From assembly GCA_977862235.1 (NCBI GenBank), contig OZ374560.1, positions 744,001 through 808,000 of the forward strand: a stretch of 64,000 nt of DNA, in the 5' to 3' direction. Under the pieces are notes generated by a model, which saw nothing but the letters and a program-made list of their open reading frames with translations, searched no databases and was not told the origin of the DNA. A program made the position numbers and the translations under genes. Numbering within the stretch: position 1 is the stretch's first letter; each line of letters starts with the position of its first letter. Source of the DNA: Dudresnaya verticillata. Lineage: Eukaryota. Shown piece after piece: positions 12,175 through 25,610 of this stretch.

Positions 12175-12577
12175 GACGTCAAAGACGAGAATATGTTCGC
12201 GCCAACGGCGATGCCTGTAGAAACGTCAAAGACGACTCGTGTTCTGCGCCACTGTCGAAAGCTTCAAGAAGCGTGCGTCGAAGACGATTACTGTTGTAAC
12301 GCCTCAGGCGAGGAAAGGAAACCCACGTGAACGACGTTCAGCTGCTGCGCCACTGGCGATGCCAAAAGCAAACGACGTCGATGAAGATTAAGTTGCGACG
12401 CCCCAGGCGAGGGATATACGATAGACGTCCACGGCGAAGCTCGATCTGCGCCAGAGGCGGTGATGTCGGGGCAGCGTCAACGCAGTCGCACGGACACAAG
12501 CACGCAACAAGAGCGAAGTTCCTACGACACAGCCGAGGTCGCAACGCGCACACGGGCGCACCAACACAATACGCGAC

Positions 12578-12628
12578 GGCGCGGGAGTTGGCAAGGCGCG
12601 GGAGTTGGCAAGGCGCGGGAGTTGGCAG
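12578..12628. repeat. Three tandem 17-bp units GGCGCGGGAGTTGGCA(A/G)
   Basis: Read directly from the sequence. Confidence 0.9.
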
Positions 12629-12684
12629 GAACGCAGCGGGAGGTCGCACGGCAGCAGGTTGAGGGTCGGGCGTGTTCGCGTTTT

Positions 12685-12693
12685 GGAGGGGGG
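12685..12693 (+). promoter_or_regulatory. Polypurine tract of A
   Basis: GGAGGGGGG 3 nt before the 3' LTR. Confidence 0.8.
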
Positions 12694-12696
12694 TCG

Positions 12697-13597
12697 TGTG
12701 GTGCAAGAGGAGGTGAACCCTTTTTCGCTGAAAGCGGGCAAACCAAATACGTCGACCGACGGAGAAACCGCCACCGGCGCTCACCACCCCCGTTGGCGCG
12801 CGAACACGTCATCGACGGCTCACTGGGGCACGCGCGCACACTGCGCGCCGCGCGCCACGCGGGCACTGTACGGTGATGGGCCGACATGGCGCCCCGGGGC
12901 ACTGTAATACGGATCCAGATGGGATCCGGATCCGATATCCAGATTGGCTATCTGGATCCCCTGAGCTGGAATATACGCGCCTGTAAGGCTGCGGGTGTTC
13001 GCATTGCTGGCCCGATCCGGATGGGATCGGGATCGGAAAAGTACCGGATTAGATCCAAGGCGCACGCTCTACAGTACGCGCGCGCGCACAGCTGTAAGGC
13101 ACACGCGTCCACGTGTGTATGTAAGCACCCACACAGGGGGTTGTACGGCAACCTGTCAGGCGCACGGCTGCATGCAATGGGTGATCTGTCAGACGCGCCT
13201 CGGGGCGACACGTGTCCCGAGTTCCCGCGCTACGCACACGCACCGCCGCCGCCGCACCCGTGTACTATACTTAGGTAAGCCGTCCCAGACGTAGCAGTAA
13301 ACGCCCGGGCAAACCGGCCTTGGTCCAGACTTCCCCGTTCCGCACGCGCGTATCCTACCGCTGCCTACGGCTCAAGCGTCTACCTCCCGTGCTTCCACGT
13401 CTATCATCGTCCTTGACGCGTTCCCTTTCTGTTTCCTTTTCCCTTCCTTTCCGCCTCGGGCGTTTACAGTCCGCCCAAGGCGTATCCTTTGCTCTACCAC
13501 AAGTCGCCCAAGGCGGGACTACTCACCGCCAAGGGCGCAGCTACCCACCGAGCCCCGAACTGCTCGGCGGTCTATCGTCTCAGACGTTTGCACCATA
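12697..13597 (+). repeat. 3' LTR of element A
   Basis: Copy of 266-1166; terminal CA mutated to TA; followed by TSD GGTCG. Confidence 0.97.
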
Positions 13598-14452
13598 GGT
13601 CGGGGATTGACACGGCACCAGCGAGGTCCCTCGTTTTGTTTCTACTCTGGCTCAGACCTTCCGTAGTGGTGGGGTAGACCATATTCGCAGCCTTTTTCTC
13701 AAAGAAGGGGCGGGAATTCTCACACCTTCCCCTAGACCGTGTCGCGGTTGCTAGGTACCAAAATAGCTTTCTCTGTCGACGGCTTGCGATCCGTTTGGTT
13801 ACAGAGCAACTGGTTAACCCCATTGGATATAGCACGCCAGCCGTTTTGACTTCATTGAACGGGTAAGATTTCTAATAGACCTTCCGGTCTTCCGCCTACC
13901 CCTATTGGAGAGCTGATCAGCTCTATTGGATTCGACTCCGGTGATCTGGCCATGGCCAGTAGCGTTTCTAAGCGCGGGTGGAGATGCCGGCCCGCTATAG
14001 CGTTATAAGCGATATATCGATAAAGCCATTTTCCATAGCAATCGCGAAACGCACAGCTGCTACTGTTGGTTTAGGCCATTGTTCTCTCTGGGCCCTGAGC
14101 CTTATAATCACTTTTCCAGCTGTCCAGCCTTGAGTTTCCAACTCATCTATCCTTCTTCTTGAACTTCCAGTTCATCCGTTCCACATCTATCCAGACATCT
14201 ATCCAAGGTTTCCAACCTTTTGTGCATCTATCCATTTCCGATTTCCAAAAGGGGCCAACCCCATTCAGTTATACTAATATACATGGGCATAGCCATTGCT
14301 ATCCCGTGGACATGTTCGGCGATCTGCAATCGGACGTTACCTTCGCTTTCCTTATAAGGCTTCTGCTTAGCGTAGGGTTACGCCCACAAGCGTGCCGCGG
14401 TGTAGAACCGAATTATGACGCTTGAGTTATCATCAGACTGGTCGACCAGTGG

Positions 14453-17400
14453 TTATTCCGAGAAGGGAATCCCCTTCGCACGGTGATACCGCTTGATGAG
14501 GTTAGCCGGGAGGTGCGCTCTCGGCTCCCACGTGTCTTCCGATGCCGGAAATTGGTACCAGCGCACCTTATACAGACCCGACTCCGAGTCGTAGTCAACC
14601 AATTTCTCATAAACATACTCTCGTGGCGGGGCTTTCTTGAAGCGCGAAAACTTACGACGCGTAGTCGTCCCATCTTCATTGGGGGAGATCAGATCGACAT
14701 ATGCTTGAGGAAGGCTTAGGCCCTGTGTGACCGTTGGCCCTATATCGTTCAGACCAGACGGTATGATAACCTCATCGAGAGGGGGTACGGTGGCAGAAAC
14801 CGGGCCAGCGCCATTATCGATATCCTCGATCACTTCCCGCGGAGGGGCGACAGTCTGCGCACTTGCGTGTTCCGCGCCCGCTTCCAGCGGCTCCTCTCTT
14901 ACAATGTTCGGCGATGATACGACGCCTGGACCATTGGTGGTCATTGACTCAAGAGGTGATCCTGCCGGTTCCACATTTCCAGGCGTAGCCTCCACAATGG
15001 GTGGGGATAGCCCTGGAGCTCCAAGCTCTTCTTGCGGTGATGGGGCCAGAGTGACACGGTCCAGAGAGATTGACTCTCTTTCGCCATTACTTTCCAACAC
15101 GATAGTGTGCGTTCCTCTCTCGAGGATCTTGTACGGGCCGAGAGCCTTTGGAAACAATTTTCCTTCCCGTGCCACGCCCTTGGCGTCTTTCATTTTCGTC
15201 TCTGTCTCGATAAATAACCAGTTACCCGGGCGTAGCTTCTTATTAGTCAGCCGCATACGATTGTTGAAGTTGACTTCATTTCGATGTTGTGCCACGCATA
15301 GACGTGGCAACGCTGTATCCATCAACTTCTCGAGTCGCGCGGTTAACCGCTTCTTGACATTAACCGCTGGCACCTTCGCAACGTCTACCGTCTCTGATTT
15401 CTCCATTAGAAGGTACGTGGGCGGGTTGGATAGAACCAAATCAACGGGGGCGAGACCCGTCGCACGATGAACGGTCGTGTTATATGCGTACGTCAGAGCA
15501 GACGTGAATTCATCGCAATATTTTTGGTCTTCAGCAATGAAATTCCTCAGCCCTGCTAACAGGGTACGATTACACCTTTCGGTTTGTCCGTTCGTCTGCG
15601 GATGATAAGTCGACGTAAACAGATTCCTAATCTTGAGAATGCCGCAGACGGCTATGAAGAACTTAGACGCAAACGTCGAACCATTATACGACAGGACATA
15701 ACGGGGAGGCCCGTAGGTGTATATCCAATGTTCGCAGAACGCTTTCGCCACAGTATAAGCCGTTGCCGTTTTCAATGGTATAGCTCGAGTAAGCTTTGAG
15801 AAGCGGTCCGTCATCACGAGCAGATACTCGTTGCCCTTACTCGATCGAGGTAGCGGCCGTAGGATATCAATCCCCACGAACTCTAACGGCATGGCAGCCG
15901 GAAAAAACTTCATATGGGAAGCGTGTTGTCGTAGCTGAACACGTTCCTGTGCACATTTCACACAGTTTCGAACTGTCGCATATACCGCGAGAGCCATTCC
16001 AGGCCAGAACACTTGTCGACACAAATTGTGATACATCCTTGTCCCACCGAGGTGACCGTCCACCGCCGGGTAGTGCGCGAGATGTAGGACCCGTTCTTGG
16101 AGGACTCTAGGTATCACTACCATTAGTGTCTTGTCTATATAAGACCGTCGGAATAGCAGTCCTCGTTCATCTTCCAGATAGAATCCTGGCCTTCCGGCTA
16201 TGGCGAGTGTGATACCCATACAGAATTGAGCGGTTCGCTGAGCGAAGAATTTCCTCCACAGTGAGCAGAGAAAGACTCTTTTCGTCCACTTCTTCTCAGC
16301 CACGTTGGCTATTAATTGTTCATCCTCGAGTAGCAACTCGATTAAATCATCCTCGGGTTCCACCTCCCAGATATACAAGGGTCTGGATCAGCCTGATCGC
16401 TGTCAGCGATTACAAAGCCAGGAAGCTCCAGATCTGGTTCCCAGTTGGTGAAACCATAAGTAGGTATCTAGAGACGGCAGCAGCTATCTGATTATTCTTT
16501 CCCTTACGGTATTGAACCGTGAAGTTGTATTCGAGGATTCGCAAGCCTCAACGCGCTAATCGTCCGGATGCATCCGTCATACTCATCATCCGCTTGAGCG
16601 CCTGATGGTCAGTGTACAAGTCAAAATGCAACCTTTCTAAAATATGGTCTGAGCATTTGGGTGGCCCAGACCACCGCGAGGCATTCTTTCTCGCCGACGG
16701 AGTAATTCCGTTCTGCCTGAGTCAGGCCTCGACTCCAAAACCCGATAGGGTGCCGTTTCCATCTGGTTCCATTTGCATAAGGGCACACCCTATCTGATAG
16801 TCACAAGCATCGGTTCCACCGATAGAGGTATATCTTCTTTCGGAAGTCGGAGAATCGGTGGCGCTGTTAGCGCCTTTTTCAATAATTCGAATGCTTCGCG
16901 TAGTTGATCATTCGGAGGTAGTTCGAATCCCATATCCTTCTGAAGAAGTCTATGAAGCGGTGATGCGACTCGTGCAAAGTTCGGCACAAAGCGTCTATAG
17001 ACGTTACACAACCCGATGAACGATCGTAATTGTGTCTGGGTCTTGGTCTCTTTGAAACCTTCGATGGCTTCGTAGCTACTTCCAAAAGTCTTGTCCGGAT
17101 CGCATGGCCTAGGTAATCCACGCTTTTTGTGAAGAAGTTGCACTTCTTGGGCTTGAGCGATACTCCCGCTTCTTTCAATACTGAAAGTATTTCTTGAACA
17201 TGACCTAAGTGTTCGTCGACACTCTTTGAGAAAATAATGATATCATCCAAGTAGACGAGACAGGACTTCCATCGGTAACCCGATAATAGGATATCAACGG
17301 TTCTCTGAAAGGTCGCCGGCGCGTTGCACAATCGTAATGGCATTCGGCAGAACTGGAAACAACCTGCATGACAGGTAAACGCTGTTTTGGCCGTGTCTTC

Positions 17401-18978
17401 CGCTGCTACGGGTATTTGCCAGTAGCCCGAATTACAATCGAGAGTTGTAAAGTACTGGGCGTCACTCAATGAGTCTAAACACTCATCCATTCGAGGTAGA
17501 GGGTATGAATCCTTAATTGTTATCGCATTCAGTTTCCTGTAATCGACACAGAAACGGAGAGATCCGTCAGGCTTCTTAACCAGTACTACTGGGCCTGCAA
17601 ATTCCGAGCGCGCAGGATTTATGACTCCTTCCTTGAGCATCTTATCCACTTCGACTTGTTCCGCTTGTCGCGCTTTCTGTCCTGATCGATATGGTTGCGC
17701 AAATACGGGTTTGGACCCGTTCGTGAGCTCGATACGATGCTCTGTGACCTTGATGGTCCCAAGTTTCCTGCTCCACATGTCAGCGAAAGGTCGTAACATT
17801 TTGCGGACGCGGGGTCTGTCAGACGTCGAAAGGTGTTCTAATGCCAGGTCGTCGACCGTTGGGGGTTTCGTAGCCGTTTTAACGCCTGATTTAGAATCGG
17901 TCGCGCCGAGAGCAGCAGTCAGCCGTGTCCCCTGCATCGAAGGATGTTGCTGCATGAGGACTCGAGTCTTTTGACGTCGGGACCGCGTTGTCAGGGACAT
18001 TTTCGGTGGAAACCGAGTAGACTGGCGTGGCCGTGGGAGCTGGGACAGCTCGCCCAATTACTTGGTTCTTGTTTAGTCGCTGCACGCGAGATGAAACGTT
18101 GGCGAGCTTCACGCGGAACAGAATGTTCTCTTGAAGCTTGACGACTCCGTTCGTGACGACGACTTGTTGAAGGTCGTACAGCCGTTGAAAGGAATGCAGG
18201 AAGTGAATTTCTTTAGCCGCACACGTGACGGCGACCCAAGTTTCCGAACCGGGGTTCACGTTTATGGTTAGGGCAACTCTCACAAGTCGCGAGTTATGTA
18301 GAGGAGGTACCTTCATAGGTTCGCCAGAGCTTTCAGCTCGCGGAACTCGGCAGCGGCGGCATATAATCGGGTGCACCGAGCCGTCCCGCAGGACGACTTG
18401 TTGCTTGCGCACTCGTAACCCGTTGACGTGGGTATTGATATAGGTGCAAACCAAAATCATATCCACGGCTAGAGCCTTGACTACAATGAACGGTTGACGA
18501 ACCGAATAGGTGCCAATCCTGAAGACCAGGGAGATCATCCCCAGGGTAGTTAAACGATGGCTTGACGCCGATGTTAAGTTAACAATCAATCGGTTCGATG
18601 AAATATTCTTCCTATCTTCCAAAGAGAGCACGTCTGCTCGAATGAGATTAGGGCCCGCGCCCGTGTCCAAGACGGAGAGTAATTGCGTTAAATTTTCAAT
18701 AGAGGTCCAAACGGACGCGACAACTTTATAGTTCTATCGCGAGAGCGAGCAGATTGGGTCCTCAACTTACTCATGATACTTAGACCCGGGGGGTAAGCCC
18801 ACGGGGCGTGCTAATATCTTCTTTGGAAGAAGAGGCGGAAGTTTCGATGACACCGATCGGTTGCTTGAGGAAGCGCTTAGGAAGTCGCATTCCTCCGAGC
18901 AATCAGGGGGTTCCGATATGGCTGATACGACCGGAGTCGCCCAGTGAACCGAAACCGGTTCCCCCTAGCTAGTTTTTC
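14453..18978 (-). pseudogene. pol: Pol of element B (PR about 18670-17891, RT/RH about 18057-16450, IN plus chromodomain 16378-14453)
   Basis: DTGAGPNLI, RFCVDYRKLN, YLDD, integrase core, GPY, in-frame chromodomain EYVYEKL...YKVRWYQF...DTWEP. Confidence 0.93.
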
Positions 18979-21765
18979 GGCCGACTAGCAGGCGACCGCG
19001 GTAGCGGTGGAGGCGGTGGAAGGGTTCGGGACCCTGGTCTTGGCAAGCGTGGCGCCGTCGCCTGCTGTCGCGGTGCGTCCACTGGGTGGTTCAGCCCTCC
19101 TTGAAATTGGACATGGGTATTTCTACCGGGGGCCGCCCCCAAATTTCGGGGAGGCCCTCTCGGTGGCCCTGCTCCACGTCCTGACGATGCGTAATCGTGA
19201 TGCTCCGTGCGGGTGTTCCCGTTTGCAAATTCGGGCAGGCGCCCGATGGTATCTAACCATTCCTTTTGTTCGTGAGACAGTTGGTAAAACTGCTGTCGTT
19301 TTAAAGCCTCAAATGACGGTTCATCCGTACGAGCCGAATATGGGCAATTAGGCGTTTTATGACCCACGCCAAGACACTCAAAGCAGATGTTGTTTGGAAT
19401 GTCCTCGACAGTCACCCATCCCGGACGTTGAGTCCTCGTAGGTTGTGCCCATGCAGGTAACCAGTGATTGTAGTTCTGAAGAGCGGCGTCGATTTCTCCG
19501 TAGTACGGCCGGTCGCTTGGCACACCAGACCCCGTGTCTGATTGGGTCACTGTAGAAGGTGGCGCTTCACTATCAATGGCTGCTACGACAGCGTCTTCAC
19601 AGACCGCGTCAGAGCTACTGCTCTTCGAGTTGTCCGAATCCGAGGACCGTTGAGTCCTATTTTGACGAATGAGGAGGGCGCGTCCTGACTTGTGAGTCTT
19701 CACCCGAGCCAGGGTTTTGTGAGATAGCGCTGAGCTCGCTTTCCGAAGACGTCCGCCACCCGCTAGGGCGCGGTGTGAATCTCCGTGCGCTTTCGCCAGC
19801 TCCACAAAACCCGCCAGTCGCGCAGAGCGAGGATCCAAAGCCGACGTACTCAAGAGCGGTTTGACCGCTGGTAGCAATCCACGTATAAAACGCGTTATCA
19901 AGTCCTGTTCGGAGTGAACTCCTGCGACCTTTCGCGCCTTGTTTTTCAGACGTCCAGAAAACGAAACTTCATCCTCGGCTGACTCTTGAGTCATCATGTC
20001 CATTTCTGAAGAAATCTTCGCGATATATGCATCCTTGGCGTATGTACGCAGAAGACAATTGATGGCTTCTGGCCATTTGTTGAATCCGCCGTTATCGTCT
20101 CCGGCTGCCAGCCGGAGACGATAACGGCGGATTCAACAAATGCCGGCTGCCAGCCGGAGACGATAACGGCGGATTCAACAAATGCAGTGCATCAAAGTTG
20201 GCCTCGAACATGTCCTTTGCATTCTTTTCAAGGAACTCGGGTATGACCAGGATGGCTGCACCTTCACTCACTTTAGATTGATCAAGCTGTCGCTTCAAGG
20301 TGGCTAGAAAGCCAATAATAGCAACAGGGTCACTCCCATCGAATCTTCGACTCCTCATCACGGATTTAATCCGTTTAATCTTCTTCGATGTGGCTTCGGT
20401 CACCTCGGGTCCTCGCTATGACTCGACGTTCGGCAACCGATATCTCCGGTACGAAAGGACCTGGGTAAAAGCAGAGTTTCGCGGAGTTAACTCCTTGATT
20501 CCCGCTCGACGGGGTCCTCGCCAGGAACTCCAAGAAGGTCTGGAAAGGCCTCTAAACGTCGGTTCGTCCTCATCCGATTGCATCGGGGTATGGTGTAAGC
20601 GGCTTTGACGTTGTTCGTCCAACCTATGGCTAGAAAGCCGGTCTTGTCGGGAGTCCTTTGGATTGCGGCATCCGTTGGATCCGTGAGCTGTCCGGAAATC
20701 GCACCGGCGGTGTTCAGACCTCCCGCGGCCAAAGTCGTCATACCCAGGCTCACCATCGAAGTCTCGTCTTGGATATGTCCTGCGACGGTCCCTCGTACCA
20801 CGGGGAACAGGGGAGCGTCGCCGCTCGACCTTAGGGATTAAATCCCTCTCGCGGGTAAGTCGCCGCATCTTTGCTTCCAGCAATGTAACCTTCCGCTTTT
20901 CTGCATCAAGCCCTTGTCTTAAGAGCTCCTTCGCTCTGCTTTGTTCGACACTCCTTGTGTAGTCTACGTTTCTACGAACGTCTTCTGTAGCCATTACGGC
21001 TTCCTCTCGAGTAAGGTCGGTAACTTTAGTAAGCGTATGGAGATTTTCATGGACGGCGTCCAACTGGTCGCCCAGTGAATCAACCTGTGCTTGTAGATTT
21101 TCAACCCTTTCTTCTTCTAATCCTCTTGAAAGAGGACCTTGTTGGAATCGAGATTCGGTCTCTTGCCGACGTTTAGCCAAAAGGCGGTCGTCACGGCGCG
21201 CCGACGCCTCGTCGAGATATATCTTCACCTTTGAAAAGGTATCATCGGCTTGGCTTTCCAGGAGCGCCACAACGCTCGTCGTTAATGACCGTTCCATTCC
21301 CAATTCGTCCACGCGCCATATTTCACGTTCCGTGAAGCAGCGCGAACCGGACGAATTGTAATTCGTTCTTGGCGGCGGCCCCCCGTCCGGGGTCGCCGAT
21401 ATTTCTTCTAATAGGGCTCGTCCGCCCTCGATTTGTAGACTGGCTAAAGCCATGGGTGGCGGCATCGTTTCAGGGTTCGAACCCAAATTCTCCCCGATTT
21501 CAGCGGGGATGCCTTCGACGGTTCGAACCGTATTTTCTCCTTCCCGGGCCTGATACCTACCTGGTCCAGGTACTTCTTCTCCAGACGGGGCGCCCGTCCT
21601 TCTTCGCGGACGTCCCGGCTCATCCGTTTCCGGATTTGTTATAAGGGCTGTTGAAACGGCGCGGGTGCGAGCCCCAATCGTCCTTACGGATGCAAAACTG
21701 CCACTCCGGCTAGCTCCACAGCCAGTTAACCCGGGCCGGGTAGTGTCGCCATTAGATGTTGGCAT
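18969..21765 (-). pseudogene. gag: Gag of element B (frameshifted)
   Basis: Fragments 21765-20416, 20403-20092 and 20003-18969 collinear with D gag; knuckle CFECLGVGHKTPNC. Confidence 0.9.
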
Positions 21766-22150
21766 CTTCTTGGAATTTTCGGCTCTGCCGACGAGGCAAC
21801 GGGGACTTCTTCCCAGGCTTCCCGACGGTTCGGAACCGTACCGTTACACGTGTTTTCGCAAGATGCACGAAAAACCTGTTGAAGCAGCTCAACCCGGGAG
21901 TCAGTCCAACGTTGAAAGGTACTTCTATGGACAGTTAAAAATCTTAAACGTAGTTTGCTTGCTCACAAGATTTGACGTAACTCTGGAGCTTGAAATAAAG
22001 CGTAAAAACGTCGACAATTAGACGACTAGGGTTTTACCCTTCGAAAGGAAGATTTATTGAAACTTCAACGGACTAACCGTCCTGACTTGAGTGTCTTGAT
22101 TCGATCCGTCGAGGGTAAGGTAGTAAGAGGGTCAACCCGGAGAACTTGTT

Positions 22151-22166
22151 CTAGGTCGGGAGACCG
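22151..22166 (-). promoter_or_regulatory. Primer-binding site of B
   Basis: Minus strand CGGTCTCCCGACCTAG (T to C variant of the A/D PBS) next to the LTR. Confidence 0.8.
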
Positions 22167-22167
22167 C

Positions 22168-22804
22168 TGTAGTAGAATGGCTTTCAAGCCAGTGTAGACG
22201 GTCACACAGCACGATAGCTGTCCTGAAAGCGTGATCCCACTCGCGTGGTTGGTAGCTCCAAAAGGGGTGGTAGAGACTTGAGAGGGCTGCCAGCCCTGCC
22301 AAAGAGGGGAAAAGGGAAGACGAACCGTACTGCCTAGAGCAGTCGTCGTAGGTAGTACGGCTTGTAAACACCTAACGGGGGTTGTAGCGGTGATACCGTG
22401 AGAGTCCAACCAAGGGGAAAACCCAAGGCACACACCGCTGCCCGTTTAGTGCGGGGCCCCTGCTACTCAGGGGCCTAATATATACGGCGGGAGCCGGAAA
22501 GATACTACCCGCTCAGTTAGAGCTATAATGCTAACAGTGAGCTAATACTGTACACTACCAGTTACACTAGCGACTAAAAATGGGAATGAGCGATCATACC
22601 GCTTCCGTACGTACGGCGTCACTGTAAGACGCCGCGCACAAAATAGGCGTGAAATCATGGCGCGTATCCACCGCTCAGCGCGCATAGTGCTCTCGTAGTT
22701 AATTGTCCAATGGCAAGTAGCCATCTCACTCCTGTGTCCCACACCTTACAGGTGTCGCGTGTACACGTGGCTCCTTACAGCTCCCCAGCGCTCGTTGTAC
22801 CACA
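22168..22804 (-). repeat. 5' LTR of element B
   Basis: Minus strand TGTGGTACAA...TTCTACTACA; alignable to the D LTR. Confidence 0.9.
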
Positions 22805-24692
22805 CTCGCACACAGGGACCAATCTAAAAACCTGTGCGTGTATACGAATGCGTCAGATGCTCACTGGGCTGCAGTGGTAACCCAGTGTAGGCAAACAGTT
22901 TATAAAAGCCAATTGAGGACCAAATGCATCAACTTTTAGCTTTTCTGGGGTCTGCATTTAATAAGACACAGCAACACTGTTCCACCTTCGAACGTGAGGC
23001 GTATACGGTGTTTCAGGCTTTTGAGAAAATGGACTTCATGTTTGCATTTGAAGAGAACATCCATGTATTTACGAACCATCGTAATTTATTGCTTGTTTAC
23101 AACCCTGTTACCTTTAGAACAACGTTGGGGAGACACATCATTAATAAGGTGCAACGGTGGGCGCTCTATTTGTCTCGGTTTATGTACACTATTGAGCATG
23201 TTGAAGGTACCCGCAATATTACAGACTGCCTGCACAGTATCATTTCGAAAGCCGGCAACCGCATTCCCCGTCCTATATCTTCCACGCTTCATGGAACTAA
23301 GCCTAACTAGGTGGTCCACTTGATTTTATCTTCATGGGAGTAGGGTCGGATGGTCTAAAGCACTGCCTCATTATCAGGGACGACCTATCCACTATCTATG
23401 GATTTGTCCAAGTGTATCAGCTGATGCCGCTGCAGCTGCAATAGAGATTTCCAGATGGATAAGAGTTTTCACAGGCATGGACTTTTGGGTTTCCGACCAG
23501 GGCTCCCACTTCAAAAACAAGGTCATGGAAATGCTGGCTACCGCGCATAAGATCAAGCACAATTTCACAGTTGCCTATTAACCATGGGTGAATGGTACTG
23601 TTGAGGTATGCATGCGGCATATTAGAGCCTGAACCGCTGCAGTACTGTCAGAGCTCAAGTTGGGTCCTCAGGACTGGCCTCTTGTTATTGGCATTGTCAT
23701 GTCCGCGCTTAATGAAGCTACACGAAAGCGTTTGGGGAAGTGGGCAGATGGCACTTTCAGGACTCCACTCGAAGTCATGACCGGTATTCGCCCAAAAAGA
23801 ACTGCATTTACAATTGAGCGTATGGAGGAAGACTATCCAGTTGCGCTGAGCCAGTCAAGAGTCCAACAATGCATCAAGATTGATGAAATGAAGAAGGAAA
23901 TTGATGACATGCACAAGGATGTCACAACGTCCGTATCAAAGAATAGGCAACGCCAAATCAACAGGTACAACAACAAAACAAACCTAGTGGAACCTCAGTT
24001 TTCTGTTGGGGAGTTTGCTGTAGTACCGCCGGGCTCAAGGTAAGGGACATAAATTGAAGTTTAGGTGGCTTGGCCCGCGGAGGGTTTCAAGATTCATAAG
24101 TGAGACGGTGGATGAGGTTATTTGTCTAGTGGATAGCAAGGTGGAAGTGGTACACGCAGCAAGGATGATACTCTACAAATCAAGTATGGAAGGTGCTGAG
24201 GTCTCGAAAAAGCTAGTGGAACAGGCGGCACATATCGAAAGTCATTTGCAGATGGTTGAGAACCTGCTAGACATCGGGGAGGCGGCCGGTGGCATTTTTA
24301 TCCAAATGCAATGGCTTGGGCAGCCAGAAAAAATAGACTGGACCTGGCAGTCTTTCCTTGATATATATCAAGATGTACCCCAGCGAGTCAAAGACTTTCT
24401 CACTTCAACAAAGAAGAAGAATTTAGCCAAGAAGGCGATGCAGCTACTTGGAATCGAACTTCCGTGATGTTTTCATTGGCTTTGCCTCCGAAAGCATGGG
24501 GCTGTGTAGAACGGTTCCAGGTAATCTGCTGCCATTATCTTTAGTAGAGCTGTAGTTTATAATTTAGAATAGCTGTTTTAACTTCAAGCTCTAGAACATG
24601 TTCCGTTATAGACGGAACGTGTTCAAGCCTGTCCCTACGGCTAACTATTCTGACTATACTGTTCACGGATACTGTAGAGTTGATATTACGGC

Positions 24693-25335
24693 TGTGACGA
24701 ATTCAGGAAGCACGGGCATCTTGACGGCAAGACGGTAGAAAATAGCGGCGTTCAGTGGGGTAGCACAATATGGAAGTTTTGGAAAGAGAGAGCAGAAGGC
24801 AGTGACCTGTAGTTGCATGCTGAGGCCCCAAACCCAGCACAGGGTTGGGCAGGCCGCCTTTTATACAGTGACGCTACCCTACCGCCGCGCGCAAGCCATT
24901 GCTCCCAGCCAGGAATCCTAGCCGGCCGAGCGGCTGCGGCGGCGCGCAATCAGACAGCGCATTGCGATCAATCACCTGATCTGATTGCGCGAGCTGGGCC
25001 GAACGTCCCTGGCCGGAGAGCTTCTCGCATAGACACGCGCGACACGATGGAGAGCTTTCGAAAGCAGTGCAGCTGATGCCGCACTATTCTGTGCTGTCGA
25101 TCATTCTGTCTATTCGTAGTGACAGTCCGCGGTGGAGGCACTGTACCGTAAGCTCCAGGAGAGGATGTTACATTACTCGCCGAGCTAACGCGGTAGCGTA
25201 GAACCGTGAAAGTACGGGATCATCCGGCGTCGGATGATCCGCATCCGCAGTTTACAGCTGTTAACCCAAATACGATCTTCGAAAATCTTCTGCCTTTAGA
25301 TCCCCAACTAGCGCACCACGTGGTGCCGCGTCACA
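24693..25335 (-). repeat. 3' LTR of element C
   Basis: Direct repeat of 31435-32077; adjacent minus-strand AAAGCATGGGG at 25339-25349. Confidence 0.95.
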
Positions 25336-25610
25336 GGTCCCCATGCTTTGCCGTAATGGTTACGGGGAAGCATTACGTAATCGAGAGCTCCTGCAGAGCT
25401 CTGCGTTTCAGCTTGCGATCTCCAGCAGTGTAGAGAAAGTCTTCCAACATTCCCGGTAGGTCTTCGTAAACCCGCGGCATTGGTTCCCAAGTACGATCGG
25501 CCTCATCTGGAAGGCCGGCCCATTCCATGTGAACTTCGAGGGCGACCCCCTTGTCTCGAATCCCAAGAAGGCCTTCAGCGGTCTCGAAGCGCGTCGCTGT
25601 ATGCTCCGTG

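Larger units (their letters stand above)
266..13597 (+). mobile_element. Ty3/Gypsy chromodomain-bearing LTR retrotransposon, element A (full length, pol mutated)
   Basis: Two 901-bp LTRs, 5-bp TSD GGTCG (261-265 / 13598-13602), PBS, PPT, and domain order gag-PR-RT-RH-IN-chromodomain. Confidence 0.97.
13598..22804 (-). mobile_element. Ty3/Gypsy chromodomain element B (relative of D), degenerate; 3' end off-window
   Basis: 5' LTR, PBS, gag, PR, RT/RH, IN and chromodomain on the minus strand; proteins closely resemble D; many stops and frameshifts. Confidence 0.95.
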
